In this document: in pieces, positions 42,495 through 53,430 of the stretch
How the letters are laid out: each line of letters begins with the position of its first letter
Numbering within the stretch: the stretch's first letter is position 1
Origin: an uncultured Gemmatimonadales bacterium
Lineage (GTDB): Bacteria; Gemmatimonadota; Gemmatimonadetes; Gemmatimonadales; Gemmatimonadaceae
Reading direction: 5' to 3'
Length of the DNA: 64,000 nucleotides
NCBI GenBank assembly: GCA_963793305.1
Contig: CAWBZV010000005.1
Coordinates: 672,001 to 736,000, forward strand
Program-made: the position numbers and the translations under genes
Notes under the pieces: generated by a model
Databases searched by the model: none
What the model was told of the DNA's origin: nothing
Seen by the model: only the letters and a program-made list of their open reading frames with translations

Positions 42495-43260
42495 GAGTCA
42501 GTTTCTCCGCCACATACAACATGATGGATGTCCCGAGCACGATCAGCGTACTGATCGCGTTGATGCTCGGCTCGACGTTGCGCCGCACCATGCTATAGAT
42601 GATCAGTGGGAGCGTACTCGACCCCGATCCGGCGACAAACGACGTAATCACGAAGTCGTCGAATGACAAAATAAAGGTCAGCAGCGCCGCCGAGACGATA
42701 CCGGGCCAGAGCAGCGGCACGGTGACCTTCCAGAATGCCGTGATCTCGTCAGCGCCGAGCGTCATGGCGGCTTCTTCGAGCGTCTCGTCCATCCCCGCGA
42801 GCCGCGACAACACCACGACGACCACGAAGGAGATAGAGAACGCCACGTGCGCGATGACAATTGTCCCGAGTCCCAATGGGATACGCAAAAACACGAACAA
42901 GATAAGCAACGATATTCCCGTGACGATCTCGGGCGTGACGATGGGCACGTAGATGAGCCCCTCGTACAGCGTCCGCCCCCGGAACCGGTGCCGCGCCAGC
43001 GCCAGCGCGATCAGCGTGCCGAATGCGGTGGCGATCACCGTCGCCGAGACGCCGACGATAAGGCTGGCGCGAAGCGCCGCCAGAATATCCTCGCGCTCGA
43101 GCAGCCGCTGATACCAGTGGAGCGTAAACCCGGTCCAACTCACCGAGAACTTCGATGCGTTGAACGAGAAGGCCACGAGCACGAGTACGGGCAGATGCAT
43201 CAGGAACAGCACGATGGCCGTAAATGCCACGAGCCACCGGGGCATCCTATTCACGTTCAC
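42481..43260 (-). CDS. potC: Polyamine ABC permease (PotC-like)
   Basis: FSFN, PEIVTG, LEEAAMTLGA, LSFDDF, P.INA. Confidence 0.82.
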   Translation of the reverse strand: MNVNRMPRWLVAFTAIVLFLMHLPVLVLVAFSFNASKFSVSWTGFTLHWYQRLLEREDILAALRASLIVGVSATVIATAFGTLIALALARHRFRGRTLYEGLIYVPIVTPEIVTGISLLILFVFLRIPLGLGTIVIAHVAFSISFVVVVVLSRLAGMDETLEEAAMTLGADEITAFWKVTVPLLWPGIVSAALLTFILSFDDFVITSFVAGSGSSTLPLIIYSMVRRNVEPSINAISTLIVLGTSIMLYVAEKLTRESA

Positions 43261-44110
43261 GCCCGACCCTGAGATATAGCAGCGCCGCCACCAGCACGAG
43301 GGTCATCAAGATCAGCGAGGCTGCCGAGCCGAATGGCCAGTTGCGGGCGGTCGAGAACTGGTTCTGGATCAAATTGCCAACCAGCAGTCCCTTGGCTCCT
43401 CCCAGCAGATCAGATGTGAGAAACGATCCGAGCGCGGGGATGAACACGAGCAATGATCCAGCAATGAGCCCTGGCCCCGACAGCGGCAACGTGACTCGCC
43501 AAAATCGCGCGGCGGGCTTGGCGCCGAGCACTTCCGCGGCTTCCAGCAGCGAGGGGTCGATTTTCTCGAGCGACGCATACACGGGCAGGATCAGAAAGGG
43601 CAGGTACCCGTACACGAGCCCGGCAAAAACGGCGAAGGGCGTGTAGAGCATCTCGATCGGCTGCTTGATGATGCCAAGCCCGATCAGCCAGCTATTGACG
43701 AGCCCCGTATCGCGCATGAGGAAAATCATGGCGAACGTGCGCACCAGAAAACTCGTCCAGAATGGCAGCACGACGAGAAACAGCAGCAGCGTGCGCCATT
43801 TGCCGCTTCTGGTGATCGCGTACGCGACCGGGTACCCCGCCAGCACACAAAACGCCGTGGTGAGCACGGCGATCACGAACGTTCGCTCGAGGATGACGAG
43901 GTACACGGGATGCAGGAATCGCGCGTACGCTTCGAGCGTGAACCCGGGATCGACCCCGCCATATGTGCCGCGCGGCATGAAGCTGTACGCGCACATGACG
44001 ACAACGGGGACGATGAAGAACACGATCATCCACAACGTCCCCGGCCCCAGCAACGCCCACGCCTCGGCCTCCGGCCGCCGCGCGAGCCAGGCCAGGAGCC
44101 GTCGCCTCAC
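43247..44110 (-). CDS. potB: Polyamine ABC permease (PotB-like)
   Basis: PFWTSFLVRT, LPFLILP, LLEAAEVLGA, NWPFGSA. Confidence 0.82.
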   Translation of the reverse strand: MRRRLLAWLARRPEAEAWALLGPGTLWMIVFFIVPVVVMCAYSFMPRGTYGGVDPGFTLEAYARFLHPVYLVILERTFVIAVLTTAFCVLAGYPVAYAITRSGKWRTLLLFLVVLPFWTSFLVRTFAMIFLMRDTGLVNSWLIGLGIIKQPIEMLYTPFAVFAGLVYGYLPFLILPVYASLEKIDPSLLEAAEVLGAKPAARFWRVTLPLSGPGLIAGSLLVFIPALGSFLTSDLLGGAKGLLVGNLIQNQFSTARNWPFGSAASLILMTLVLVAALLYLRVGRERE

Positions 44111-45213
44111 TCATCCTCCAGGATCTGGCAGTCCTCTGGCTTCCACGCCACGACGGCTTCGTCTCCGCGACGCCACGGCAGCGGATTGATCAACTGTCCC
44201 TCGTTTCGTAGCGCCACCGTCATGTCGGTTCCCCCAGGGAGCGACACGACCACGTGCATGGTCTCCCCGAGATAGATGACGTCGCGCACGGATCCACACA
44301 GGGCATTCTCGCCGGGCGGCACATTGCCGGGCCGCACGAGGTCCAGCCACTCGGGTCTGACAGCGATACGAATGGTCTGTCCCGGCTGTACCCCATGTGC
44401 GCTGGGCACCCGAAATGTGGTGTCACCCCATTGGACGTCCCACAGGGCACCGCTTTGCCGGAGAACCTGACCATCGAGAAAATTCGACTCACCGATGAAC
44501 TTGGCGACGAACGCGGTCCGCGGATTTTCGTATATCTCGGCCGGTGTCCCGAGCTGCGCCACGCGCCCATTCGACATGACGGCGATCCGATCGGACATCG
44601 TGAGCGCTTCTTCTTGGTCGTGCGTGACGTAGATGAACGTCGTGCCGAGCTGTTTGTTGAGTGACTTGAGCTCGAGCTGCATCTCCTTCCGGAGCTGCAG
44701 GTCGATCGCGCCGAGCGGCTCGTCGAGCAACAAGATGGTGGGCTCGAGCACCAGCGCTCGCGCGAGCGCCACCCGCTGCCGCTGCCCACCCGACAACTGA
44801 CTCGGGTTGCGCCGGGCGAACGTCCCGGGATCCAATCGGACCAGCGTCAACGCGTTTCGGACGCGGTCCCCGATCTCGTTCTTTGGCGTTTTCCTCTGCT
44901 CGAGGCCGAACGCGACGTTGCGCTCGACCGTCAAATGCGGAAAGAGCGCATAATTCTGAAACACCATCGCCAACCGGCGTTCGTATGGCCGTTGGTCATT
45001 GACGACCGCGCCCATGAGTCGGACCTGACCGCCATCCGCGTCCGGCGTCTCGAACCCCGCGATGAGCCGGAGTGTCGTCGTCTTCCCACACCCCGACGGC
45101 CCGAGCATCGAGAAGAACTCGCCGCGCTCGATCGCGAACGAGACATCGCGCACGGCCTGTGTGCCATTGAAGCTTTTCGATACGCCTTTGAGCTCGACGA
45201 CCGGATCGGCCAT
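44107..45213 (-). CDS. potA: Polyamine ABC ATP-binding protein (PotA-like)
   Basis: [38 protein letters not shown] tail; start reassigned to ATG 45213. Confidence 0.85.
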   Translation of the reverse strand: MADPVVELKGVSKSFNGTQAVRDVSFAIERGEFFSMLGPSGCGKTTTLRLIAGFETPDADGGQVRLMGAVVNDQRPYERRLAMVFQNYALFPHLTVERNVAFGLEQRKTPKNEIGDRVRNALTLVRLDPGTFARRNPSQLSGGQRQRVALARALVLEPTILLLDEPLGAIDLQLRKEMQLELKSLNKQLGTTFIYVTHDQEEALTMSDRIAVMSNGRVAQLGTPAEIYENPRTAFVAKFIGESNFLDGQVLRQSGALWDVQWGDTTFRVPSAHGVQPGQTIRIAVRPEWLDLVRPGNVPPGENALCGSVRDVIYLGETMHVVVSLPGGTDMTVALRNEGQLINPLPWRRGDEAVVAWKPEDCQILEDE

Positions 45214-46508
45214 CAGCGGGTGGCCTGGAGCGCCGCGCCCAACACCGCGAGCCCCTCGTCGACGATGGGGTCCTCGATCGTCAGTGGCGACAGAATTCTG
45301 ACGACATTGCCGAATGTCCCGGCCGAGAGGAGGACGAGCCCTCTCGCCAGCGCCTCTTTCAGCACGCGCCCGGTGCGCTCTTTGTCCGGCGCCTTTCCGT
45401 CCCGCACCAGCTCGATCGCCTTCATCGCGCCGAGTCCCCGCACGTCGCCAATCCCCGGATCCGCCTCGGCGAAGCATTGAAGCTGCGCGCCGACTCGCTC
45501 GCCAAGTCTCGCCGCTCTCCCAGGAATGTCGTCCTGGTCCATCGCGTCGAAGACGGCGAGAGCGGCCGCGCACGCCAGAGGATTCCCGCCATACGTCCCG
45601 CCGAGCCCCCCGACTTGAGCCGCATCCATAGCGTCCGCTCGCCCGGTGACCGACGCCAAGGGCAACCCACTGGCGAGCGACTTGGCGCTGATCAGGAGAT
45701 CCGGCACCAGATCGTAGTGCTCGCACGCGAAGAGCTTTCCGGTCCGAGCGAACCCAGTTTGAATCTCGTCGTCAATGAGCAGAATGCCGTGGGCTTTCGC
45801 GAACGCCGCGAGCGATCGGACATACGCCGGCGGCGCGGGCACGAATCCCCCTTCGCCCAGTTGCAGCTCGATGATGATCGCAGCCACTGACTCAGGATCG
45901 ACGAGCCCGGCGAACAGACTTTCGTCGAACACGCCAGACTCCGGATACCGATAGGTGTACGGGAAGGGGAGCCGATAGACTTCGGGCGCGAAGGGTCCAA
46001 ACCCTTTCTTGTACGGATTGACCTTCGCGGTCAATGCCATCGCCAGATTCGTCCGACCGTGGAACGCGTGATCGAAGCACACGATCGCCTGGCGCCCGGT
46101 GAATGTCCGCGCGATCTTGACCGCGTTCTCCACGGCCTCGGCGCCGCTGCTCACAAACATCGTGCGCTTCTCGTACGTCCCGGGCGTGCGTGCGTTGAGG
46201 CGCTCGGCCAACGCGATGTACGGTTCGTACGACGCGACGCCAAAGCACGTGTGCGTGAACGCCTCGAGCTGCGCCGTCACCGCATCGATGACCCGCGGAT
46301 TTCGGTGCCCGACATTCATGACGCCGATGCCGCCCGCGAAGTCGATCAACCGGTTGCCGTCCACATCGGTCAGCACGGCGCCCTCGGCGCGCGCGATGGC
46401 GATCGGCGTGGTCGCGGGCACGCCGCGCGGAACGGCACGCGCGCGACGCTCCATGAGCGCGCGGCTTGCGGGTCCTGGCACCGCCGTTCGAAGCTCGATG
46501 ACCCCCAT
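45213..46508 (-). CDS. gabT: 4-aminobutyrate aminotransferase
   Basis: DFAGGIG, FTHTCF, SGAEAVENAVK, AFHGRT, PYKKGFGPF, GGTYGGNP; GGAG RBS. Confidence 0.9.
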   Translation of the reverse strand: MGVIELRTAVPGPASRALMERRARAVPRGVPATTPIAIARAEGAVLTDVDGNRLIDFAGGIGVMNVGHRNPRVIDAVTAQLEAFTHTCFGVASYEPYIALAERLNARTPGTYEKRTMFVSSGAEAVENAVKIARTFTGRQAIVCFDHAFHGRTNLAMALTAKVNPYKKGFGPFAPEVYRLPFPYTYRYPESGVFDESLFAGLVDPESVAAIIIELQLGEGGFVPAPPAYVRSLAAFAKAHGILLIDDEIQTGFARTGKLFACEHYDLVPDLLISAKSLASGLPLASVTGRADAMDAAQVGGLGGTYGGNPLACAAALAVFDAMDQDDIPGRAARLGERVGAQLQCFAEADPGIGDVRGLGAMKAIELVRDGKAPDKERTGRVLKEALARGLVLLSAGTFGNVVRILSPLTIEDPIVDEGLAVLGAALQATR

Positions 46509-46554
46509 TGTCTCCTCTCTCGACGCGGCTCGTGGGACGCTATAAGATGGTGCG

Positions 46555-47715
46555 ATGAGCCGTTACACTCCAGCACTGCTCGCGTTCGCGCTCGCCTGTG
46601 GTAGCGGCGCGGACCACACGCCGGCGGCCAGCCACGGCCCCGTCACCCGGATCGCGATCGCGCGGACCAGCGACGCGCGGGCCGACGCGGTGACGTACCT
46701 GGCGAAGCTCTGCCCCAAGCCGATCGGCGGTGAGCTGAATTTCATGGTCTGGGAAGGGTACACGGACACGCTGTTCACGGCGCCGTTCGAGCGCGCCTGC
46801 GGCGTCAGGGTCAACCCGACCTACATGGGCTCGAGCGACGATCTCGTGGCCAAGCTGCGCGCCGGCGGCGCCCAGTCGGTCGACCTCATCTCGCCCTCGA
46901 GTGATGCGGTCACGGAGATCATCCAAGCCGGCCTGGCCTCGCCACTCGATCTGTCTCGCATTCCCACCTACGCGGAGCTTTCGGCGAGCTTCCGAGCGCT
47001 CCCTCTCGCTAAGAAGGACAGCCAAATATACGGGCTGCCCTGGGCATTCGGTCCCAACCCGCTGATTTACGACACGACAAAAGTCCACCCGGCACCGACC
47101 TCGTGGTCCGTGCTCTGGGAGCCGGCATATCGCGGCAAAATCTCCTTGCAAGACGACATTGCGACCTTGTACATGGTCGCCCAGTACCTGGGAATGGACG
47201 ACCCGAACGACAAGAGCAAACTCTACAACCTCTCCGACGCCGACCTGGCCAAGGTCAAGGCAAAGATGCTGGAGCTGCGACCCGGCGTCCGGAAGTACTG
47301 GGCGACCGCGGGAGATCTGACGCAACTCTTCCAGAGCGGCGAGGTCACACTCGGCGAAGGCTGGCCACTCATGACGCATCAGTTGCGCCTCGCCAAGTTC
47401 CCGGCGGGCGAGATCATTCCAAAAGAAGGCACAACCGCTTGGGCCGACCACTGGGTACTCACGTCCGGCGCCCAGAATCTCGATGCCGCATACGCGTGGC
47501 TGGAGTACGCCGCGCAGCCCTTCACCCAGAAGCTGCTCGCTGACGTCACCGGGTACATCGTCGCCAACCCGGCCGCCAGGACGTACATGACGCCGGACCA
47601 GGCCGCCGGCCAACACGACGTCGCCGACTACGGCGCGCACGTCAACTTCTGGCAGTGGAGTCCGCGACGCGAGAAGTATCAGGAGATCTGGAACGAGGTC
47701 AAGGCCGCCAAGTGA
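46555..47715 (+). CDS. Second polyamine-family ABC substrate-binding lipoprotein
   Basis: Lipobox ALAC; WEGY, PWAFG, PKEG..WAD, WNEVKA. Confidence 0.85.
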   Translation: MSRYTPALLAFALACGSGADHTPAASHGPVTRIAIARTSDARADAVTYLAKLCPKPIGGELNFMVWEGYTDTLFTAPFERACGVRVNPTYMGSSDDLVAKLRAGGAQSVDLISPSSDAVTEIIQAGLASPLDLSRIPTYAELSASFRALPLAKKDSQIYGLPWAFGPNPLIYDTTKVHPAPTSWSVLWEPAYRGKISLQDDIATLYMVAQYLGMDDPNDKSKLYNLSDADLAKVKAKMLELRPGVRKYWATAGDLTQLFQSGEVTLGEGWPLMTHQLRLAKFPAGEIIPKEGTTAWADHWVLTSGAQNLDAAYAWLEYAAQPFTQKLLADVTGYIVANPAARTYMTPDQAAGQHDVADYGAHVNFWQWSPRREKYQEIWNEVKAAK

Positions 47716-48668
47716 GTCTCCTCGAACTGAGGGAGTTGTCGCGACGCTTTGGCGACTTCGTCGCGCTCGATAGCGTCAATCTCTCCGTTCAAGCGGGCGA
47801 GTTTCTGACGGTGCTCGGCGCGTCGGGCTCGGGAAAGACGACCACCCTCCGGTTGATTGCTGGCTTCGACCGCCCAACGTCGGGCTCGATCTGGATGGAG
47901 GGGACCGACCTGGCGCCACTGCCGCCATTTCGCCGCCCGGTTAACACGGTCTTCCAGCATTACGCCTTGTTCCCGCACATGAGCGTGCGCGACAATGTCG
48001 GCTACGGACTTCGGATGCAAAAAGTCGCGCCGGCCGAGATCGCGCGTCGCGTGGACGAGGCCCTCGCGATGGTGCGACTCGGCGACTTTGGCGGTCGCGC
48101 GCCCAAGCAGCTCTCCGGCGGCCAACAACAGCGCGTGGCGCTCGCCCGTGCCTTGGTCAACCGTCCCCGCGTGCTCCTCCTCGACGAGCCGCTCGGCGCG
48201 CTCGACCTGAAACTCCGGCGCGAGATGCAGCTGGAGCTCAAGCAGCTCCAGACCCAGGTCGGCATCACGTTCATCTACGTGACGCACGACCAGGAAGAGG
48301 CTCTCACGATGTCCGACCGCATCGTCCTCATGCGCGCCGGCCGCATCGAGCAGATCGGCACGCCGCGCGAGATGTACGACAGCCCGCGCTCGCGCTATGT
48401 CGCCGACTTCATCGGCGACACGAACCTGCTCCGTTTGGGTGGCGACGAAGTGTCCGTGCGTCCCGAACACGTCCAGTTGATCGCGGCCGACGGTGGCGGC
48501 ATGCCCGGGCTCGTCGATGCCGTCACATTCGTCGGATCGACCTATCGAGTCCGAGTGGCGCTGGCCGATGGCCAAAGGGTCGTGGCCCTCCAGAGTGCAC
48601 CACGAGAGATCGGGCAGCGCGTCGCGGTGCAGTGGGACCCGAGCCGCGGCGTGATCGTCCGTGACTGA
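47712..48668 (+). CDS. ABC ATP-binding protein (PotA family)
   Basis: [37 protein letters not shown] 47712. Confidence 0.9.
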   Translation: MSLLELRELSRRFGDFVALDSVNLSVQAGEFLTVLGASGSGKTTTLRLIAGFDRPTSGSIWMEGTDLAPLPPFRRPVNTVFQHYALFPHMSVRDNVGYGLRMQKVAPAEIARRVDEALAMVRLGDFGGRAPKQLSGGQQQRVALARALVNRPRVLLLDEPLGALDLKLRREMQLELKQLQTQVGITFIYVTHDQEEALTMSDRIVLMRAGRIEQIGTPREMYDSPRSRYVADFIGDTNLLRLGGDEVSVRPEHVQLIAADGGGMPGLVDAVTFVGSTYRVRVALADGQRVVALQSAPREIGQRVAVQWDPSRGVIVRD

Positions 48669-49521
48669 CCGCCGCCGCCCCTGGGTCATCGTCGGCACGG
48701 CGATCCCACTCGTGTGGGTGGCCGTCACGCTGCTGCTGCCCTACGCGCTCCTGCTCGTCCAATCGTTCTGGCACCAGGGCGCGAACGGGCGACCGACGCA
48801 CGACCTGACGCTCGCCAACTACGTCCGGCTGTTCAGCACGTCGCTGTACCCGTCGACGATCCTGTATTCGGCCGGCGTCGCGCTGCGCGTGACCATCGCG
48901 TCGCTGCTGTTGGCCTACCCGTTAGCGTATCTCCTCGCTTTCAAAGTGCAGCGCCACAAGCAGCTGCTGTACATGGCGGTGATCATCCCGCTGTGGGTCA
49001 GCTACCTCGTTCGTGCCTACGCCTGGAAGATCATCCTCGGCCAACAGGGCGTCGTGAACGGCGTCCTGATGTCACTCGGGATCGTCCACGCCCCAGTGAC
49101 ATTCTTCCTCTACAGCACGGCCGCCGTCGTGATCGCGCTCACGCACATCTACACACCGTTCACGCTGATGCCGATCTACGCGGTCCTCGAATCGATCCCG
49201 CCGTCGCTGCGCGAAGCGAGTCATGATCTCTACGGCAATCGCTGGCGCACCTTCTGGCACGTGACGCTCCCGCTGTCGCTGCCGGGCGTGCTCGCCGGCT
49301 GCACATTCGCGTTCGTCCTCAGCATGGGCGACTTCCTCGCGCCGCAGCTCCTGGGCGGCAACGACAGCGCGCTCATGGTCTCGAATCTCGTCTGGAGCTT
49401 GTTCGGCGTCTCATCCGACTGGCCACTCGGCGCCGCCGTCTCGGTCGTGATGCTGGCACTGACGCTGACCTTGCTCTGGATCGCCAACCGCGCCAGTCCC
49501 GCAGCCCGCAAGTATCGATGA
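48661..49521 (+). CDS. ABC permease (PotB family)
   Basis: PLWVSYLVRAYAW, EAS.DLYG, DWPLGAA. Confidence 0.88.
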   Translation: MTDRRRPWVIVGTAIPLVWVAVTLLLPYALLLVQSFWHQGANGRPTHDLTLANYVRLFSTSLYPSTILYSAGVALRVTIASLLLAYPLAYLLAFKVQRHKQLLYMAVIIPLWVSYLVRAYAWKIILGQQGVVNGVLMSLGIVHAPVTFFLYSTAAVVIALTHIYTPFTLMPIYAVLESIPPSLREASHDLYGNRWRTFWHVTLPLSLPGVLAGCTFAFVLSMGDFLAPQLLGGNDSALMVSNLVWSLFGVSSDWPLGAAVSVVMLALTLTLLWIANRASPAARKYR

Positions 49522-50309
49522 TGAAGCGCGATTGGCCACTATACGCATACAGCACGGCGGTCTTTGCTTTTCTGTATCTGCCGCTCGTGGTGGTCGTGAT
49601 GTACTCGTTCCACACCGAGAGCATCATCGCCTGGCCCCTCAAGCTCGGCACACTCAAATGGTACGGTGTCCTCGCGCACGACCGTGCCATGCTCTCCGCG
49701 ACGTGGGCCAGCCTCGAGCTCGCCGTCATGGCGGTCGCGATTGCCATACTCGTTGGCGTGCCCGGCGCGTTTGTGCTGGACCGCGTCGAATTTCCGGGGA
49801 AGGAAGCATTCCGGCAGCTCGTCTTGCTGCCGCTCATACTGCCGGGCATTATCACCGGCGTCGCACTGCTCAGCTATTTCTCGTTCCTGCATCTGAGCCT
49901 TTCGGCAGGCTACCCCACGATTCCGGGCTGGCCCGTCGTGATCGGTCACGGCGCAGCCCTCACCTCGGTTGTCGTCACACAAGTCTTCGCGCGACTCCAA
50001 CGCGTGGATCGATCGCTCGAAGAAGCCAGCGCAGACCTCTACGCCAATCCGTGGCGCACGTTCTGGTACGTGACGCTGCCCACGATTCGCACCGCGCTCC
50101 TCGGCGCCGGCCTCCTGGTCTTCACGTTGAGCCTGGATGAGATCGCGGTGACCTTTTTTCTGATCGGCCGCCAGAATACGCTTCCCTTACAAATCTGGGG
50201 CGTCTTGAGGCGCGGCATCACGCCGGAGGTCAACGCGATCTCCACGCTGATCTTCGCCGTGTCCGTCGGCGTTATCGTTCTGTGGTCCCGCTTAATGGAA
50301 GAGGCTTAG
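49518..50309 (+). CDS. ABC permease (PotC family)
   Basis: FLYLP, LEEASADLYA, SLDE, TPEVNA. Confidence 0.88.
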   Translation: MMKRDWPLYAYSTAVFAFLYLPLVVVVMYSFHTESIIAWPLKLGTLKWYGVLAHDRAMLSATWASLELAVMAVAIAILVGVPGAFVLDRVEFPGKEAFRQLVLLPLILPGIITGVALLSYFSFLHLSLSAGYPTIPGWPVVIGHGAALTSVVVTQVFARLQRVDRSLEEASADLYANPWRTFWYVTLPTIRTALLGAGLLVFTLSLDEIAVTFFLIGRQNTLPLQIWGVLRRGITPEVNAISTLIFAVSVGVIVLWSRLMEEA

Positions 50310-50315
50310 GGCACT

Positions 50316-51765
50316 ATGCGCGCATATCGCATGTACATCAACGGGAAGTTCGTCGACGCGGCGGACAAATCCACGCTCCCCGTCTACGAGCCCGCGACCG
50401 AAGAGGTGATGGCGACCGCGCCGGCCGGCAAGGCCGCCGATATCGATCGCGCGGTCGCCGCCGCCAAGACTGCCTTCTACGAGGTCTGGCGCGGGACCAA
50501 TGCGCAAGAGCGCGGCCGCATTCTCTTTCGCATCGCCGAGCGCATCCGCGCCCGCCGGGCCGAGCTGGCCGAGATCGAGACGCGAAACTCGGGCAAGCCG
50601 ATCGTCGAAGCCGAGTACGACATGGATGACTCGGCCACGTGCTTCGAGTACTACGGCGGGCTGGCCACCAAGATCAACGGCGAGGTAATCCCCGTTCCGG
50701 CGCCCGCGATCACGCTCGCGCTGCGTGAGCCCATGGGTGTGGCTGGCCAGATTATTCCGTGGAACTATCCACTCGGCATGGCCGCCTGGAAACTCGGCCC
50801 AGCGTTAGCCGCGGGTTGCACGGTCGTGATCAAGCCGGCCGAGCAAACCCCGCTCTCCTTACTCGCTCTCGCCGAAGACTTCGAGTCAATCGGACTCCCA
50901 GCAGGAGTCGTCAACATCGTGACCGGCGATGGTCCCGGCGCCGGCGCGCCGATCGTCCGCCACAAGGACGTTCCGCAAAATCGCATTCACGGGCAGCGCC
51001 GCGGTCGGCCGCACGATCATGCGCGAAGCGGCGGACACACTCAAGCGGGTATCACTAGAGTTGGGTGGGAAATCACCCAATATCTTTTTCGCCGACGCCG
51101 ACTTTGAAGCAGCAATAGACGGCGCGCTATTCGGTGTATTTATCAACCAAGGCGAAGTCTGCTCGGCCGGCAGCCGTGTCCTGGTCCAGAAAGACATCTA
51201 CAAGAAGTTCGTCGACGCGATGGCCGAGAAGACGAAGACGATCACCGTCGGCAACGGCCTCGATCGCGCCACAAAAATGGGGCCACTAGTGAGCGCCGAG
51301 CAGCGCGACCGCGTCCGCGAGTATCTCGCGATCGGTGCGAAAGAAGCGAAAGTCGCGGCAGGCGGGGGCGTACCGAAAGGAAAGGGCTGGTACGTCGAGC
51401 CCACGATCTTCTACGACGTCGACAACAGCGCCCGGATCGCCCAGGAAGAAATCTTTGGTCCCGTCGCCTCCGTCATCCCGTTCAAGGACGAAGCCGACGC
51501 GATTCGCATCGCCAACGCCACTGACTACGGCCTCGCCGCCGCCGTCTGGACGCGCGATATCTACAAAGCGTTCCGAGTCGTCAAAGAGCTCGAGGCAGGT
51601 ATCGTGTGGGTGAACCACATGCAGCCCACGATGATCGAAGCCCCATGGGGTGGCTACAAAGCCTCCGGCTTCGGCCGCGAGCTCGGCCACTGGGGCGTCG
51701 AGGAGTATCTCGAGACCAAGCAGGTCTACATCAACCTCGACGAGAAGCCGATCGGCTGGTACTAG
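50316..51765 (+). CDS. Aldehyde dehydrogenase, probably aminoaldehyde/betaine-aldehyde type (apparent +1 frameshift near 50971-50974)
   Basis: IPWNYP, KPAEQTP; AFTGS, ELGGKSP, QGEVCSAGSR, EEIFGP, GYKASGFGRE. Confidence 0.9.
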
Positions 51766-53172
51766 CTAGAGGCCCATCGAGACGTACTTCGTCTCAAGGA
51801 ACGCCTCCATGCCTTCCGATCCCCCCTCGCGCCCGAGGCCCGACTCTTTGTAGCCACCAAACGGCGCCTGCGCCGTCGAGGGCAGGGGATCGTTGATGCC
51901 GACGATGCCATAGTCGAGACGCTCGGCGACTCTCCACGCCCGGCTCAAATCCCGCGTATAGAAGTACCCTGCGAGCCCGAACGGCCCGCGATTCGCGCGC
52001 TCGATCACCTCATCCTCCGATTCGAACGTCGCGATCGGCGCCACCGGCCCAAAGGTCTCCTCGCGCATCACGAGCATGTCGTCGCGCACGTCGGTGAGGA
52101 CCGTCGGCTCGAAGAAGTACCCGTGATCGCGCTCCGCAGGCCGATGTCCACCAACGCGCACCCGAGCGCCATGGCTCGTGGCATCGCGCACATGTGCCTC
52201 GACCTTGTTCACTCCCGCCTGATCGATGAGCGGCCCAATCTGCACGCCGGCATCAACGCCATTGCCCACTTTCAACGCCGCAACCAACGGCACAAACGCG
52301 TCGGTGAACGCCTTCGCGACCGATGCGTGCACATAGATGCGATTCGCGCACACGCACGTCTGCCCGGCATTCCTGAATTTCGATGTTATCGCGCCTTTCG
52401 CCGCCGCCTCGATATCCGCATCAGCGAAGACGATAAACGGTGCATGTCCCCCGAGCTCCAACGAGACCCGTTTCACCGAGGCCGCCGCCTCGCGCATCAA
52501 GTACTTGCCGACCTCGGTCGAGCCGGTGAACGTGATCTTTCGCACCAGCGAAGACTTGAGCAGCTCGTTGCCCACCGCCGCCGGATCGCTGGTGGTGACG
52601 ACCGTGAGCACCCCCGGCGGCAATCCGGCCTCGGCGAGAATCTCGGCGATGGCGATCGCCGTGAGCGGCGTCTGCTCGGCCGGCTTGAGCACAACGGAGC
52701 ACCCGGCCGCGATGGCGGGGCCGACTTTGCGTGTCACCATCGCCGCCGGAAAATTCCACGGCGTGATGGCGCCGACGACGCCAACGGGCTGACGAATGAC
52801 CATCAGCCGCTTGCTCGCCTGCGACGCGGGGATGGTCCGCCCATAGACCCGCTCGGCCTCCCCGGCAAACCAGCCAAAGAAGCTCGCCGCATAGGCGATC
52901 TCGCCCCGCGCCTCAGCGAGCGGCTTGCCGCCTTCCAGTGTCAGCGTTCGCCCGAGCGCGTCGGCGCGCTCCAGCATCAGCGCCTCCGCCCGCCTCAGCA
53001 CTCGCGCCCGCTCGATCGCTGGCACTGCCGTCCAGGCTGGCATGGCGTGCGCCGCGATCTCAATCGCCTCACGCGCGTCCTCTGCCGTCGCATCAGCGAC
53101 GTCTGCGAGGTGCTCCAACGTCGCCGGATTGTGCACCGCGAACGTCTTCGCGGCAGTCAGTGTCTCGGTCAT
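51766..53172 (-). CDS. gabD: NAD(P)-dependent succinate-semialdehyde dehydrogenase
   Basis: TPWNFP, FTGSTEVG, ELGGHAPF, KFRNAGQTCVC, EETFGP, GREG. Confidence 0.9.
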   Translation of the reverse strand: MTETLTAAKTFAVHNPATLEHLADVADATAEDAREAIEIAAHAMPAWTAVPAIERARVLRRAEALMLERADALGRTLTLEGGKPLAEARGEIAYAASFFGWFAGEAERVYGRTIPASQASKRLMVIRQPVGVVGAITPWNFPAAMVTRKVGPAIAAGCSVVLKPAEQTPLTAIAIAEILAEAGLPPGVLTVVTTSDPAAVGNELLKSSLVRKITFTGSTEVGKYLMREAAASVKRVSLELGGHAPFIVFADADIEAAAKGAITSKFRNAGQTCVCANRIYVHASVAKAFTDAFVPLVAALKVGNGVDAGVQIGPLIDQAGVNKVEAHVRDATSHGARVRVGGHRPAERDHGYFFEPTVLTDVRDDMLVMREETFGPVAPIATFESEDEVIERANRGPFGLAGYFYTRDLSRAWRVAERLDYGIVGINDPLPSTAQAPFGGYKESGLGREGGSEGMEAFLETKYVSMGL

Positions 53173-53179
53173 GCGTTTT

Positions 53180-53229
53180 AAGATAAACCCGGGGATGTCA
53201 TTGACACGCTTTCATGTGTTCTCTATATA
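53180..53229. promoter_or_regulatory. Divergent promoter region gabD/susC
   Basis: Plus strand TTGACA (53201-06), 17 nt, TATATA; minus strand TATCTT 7 nt before the gabD ATG; palindrome TGTCA-T-TGACA 53196-53206. Confidence 0.55.
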
Positions 53230-53430
53230 GCCGAACTGTGATCGCGCCCAGCGCCTCACGTTCGTGTCCTCAGTCGCCCATTGCCCCCGATGCGCATCCC
53301 TCGCGCTCGGGACAATTCCGTCGCGCCGGCCCGTAACGCGCCGGGTCGTCTCGTTTCGCATCCGTTGGTCATGCACCACGTCGGCTCCTTGGGCCGACGG
53401 GCGCTGTCACCTTTCAGTCGAGGGCGCATC

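Noticed and set aside
44107..45726. Long N-terminal extensions in the ORF track (also at 295, 4884, 5993, 9757, 16736, 22717, 30414, 37678, 53281)
   Set aside because: They run through the neighbouring gene; internal starts give clean stop/start overlaps or signal peptides
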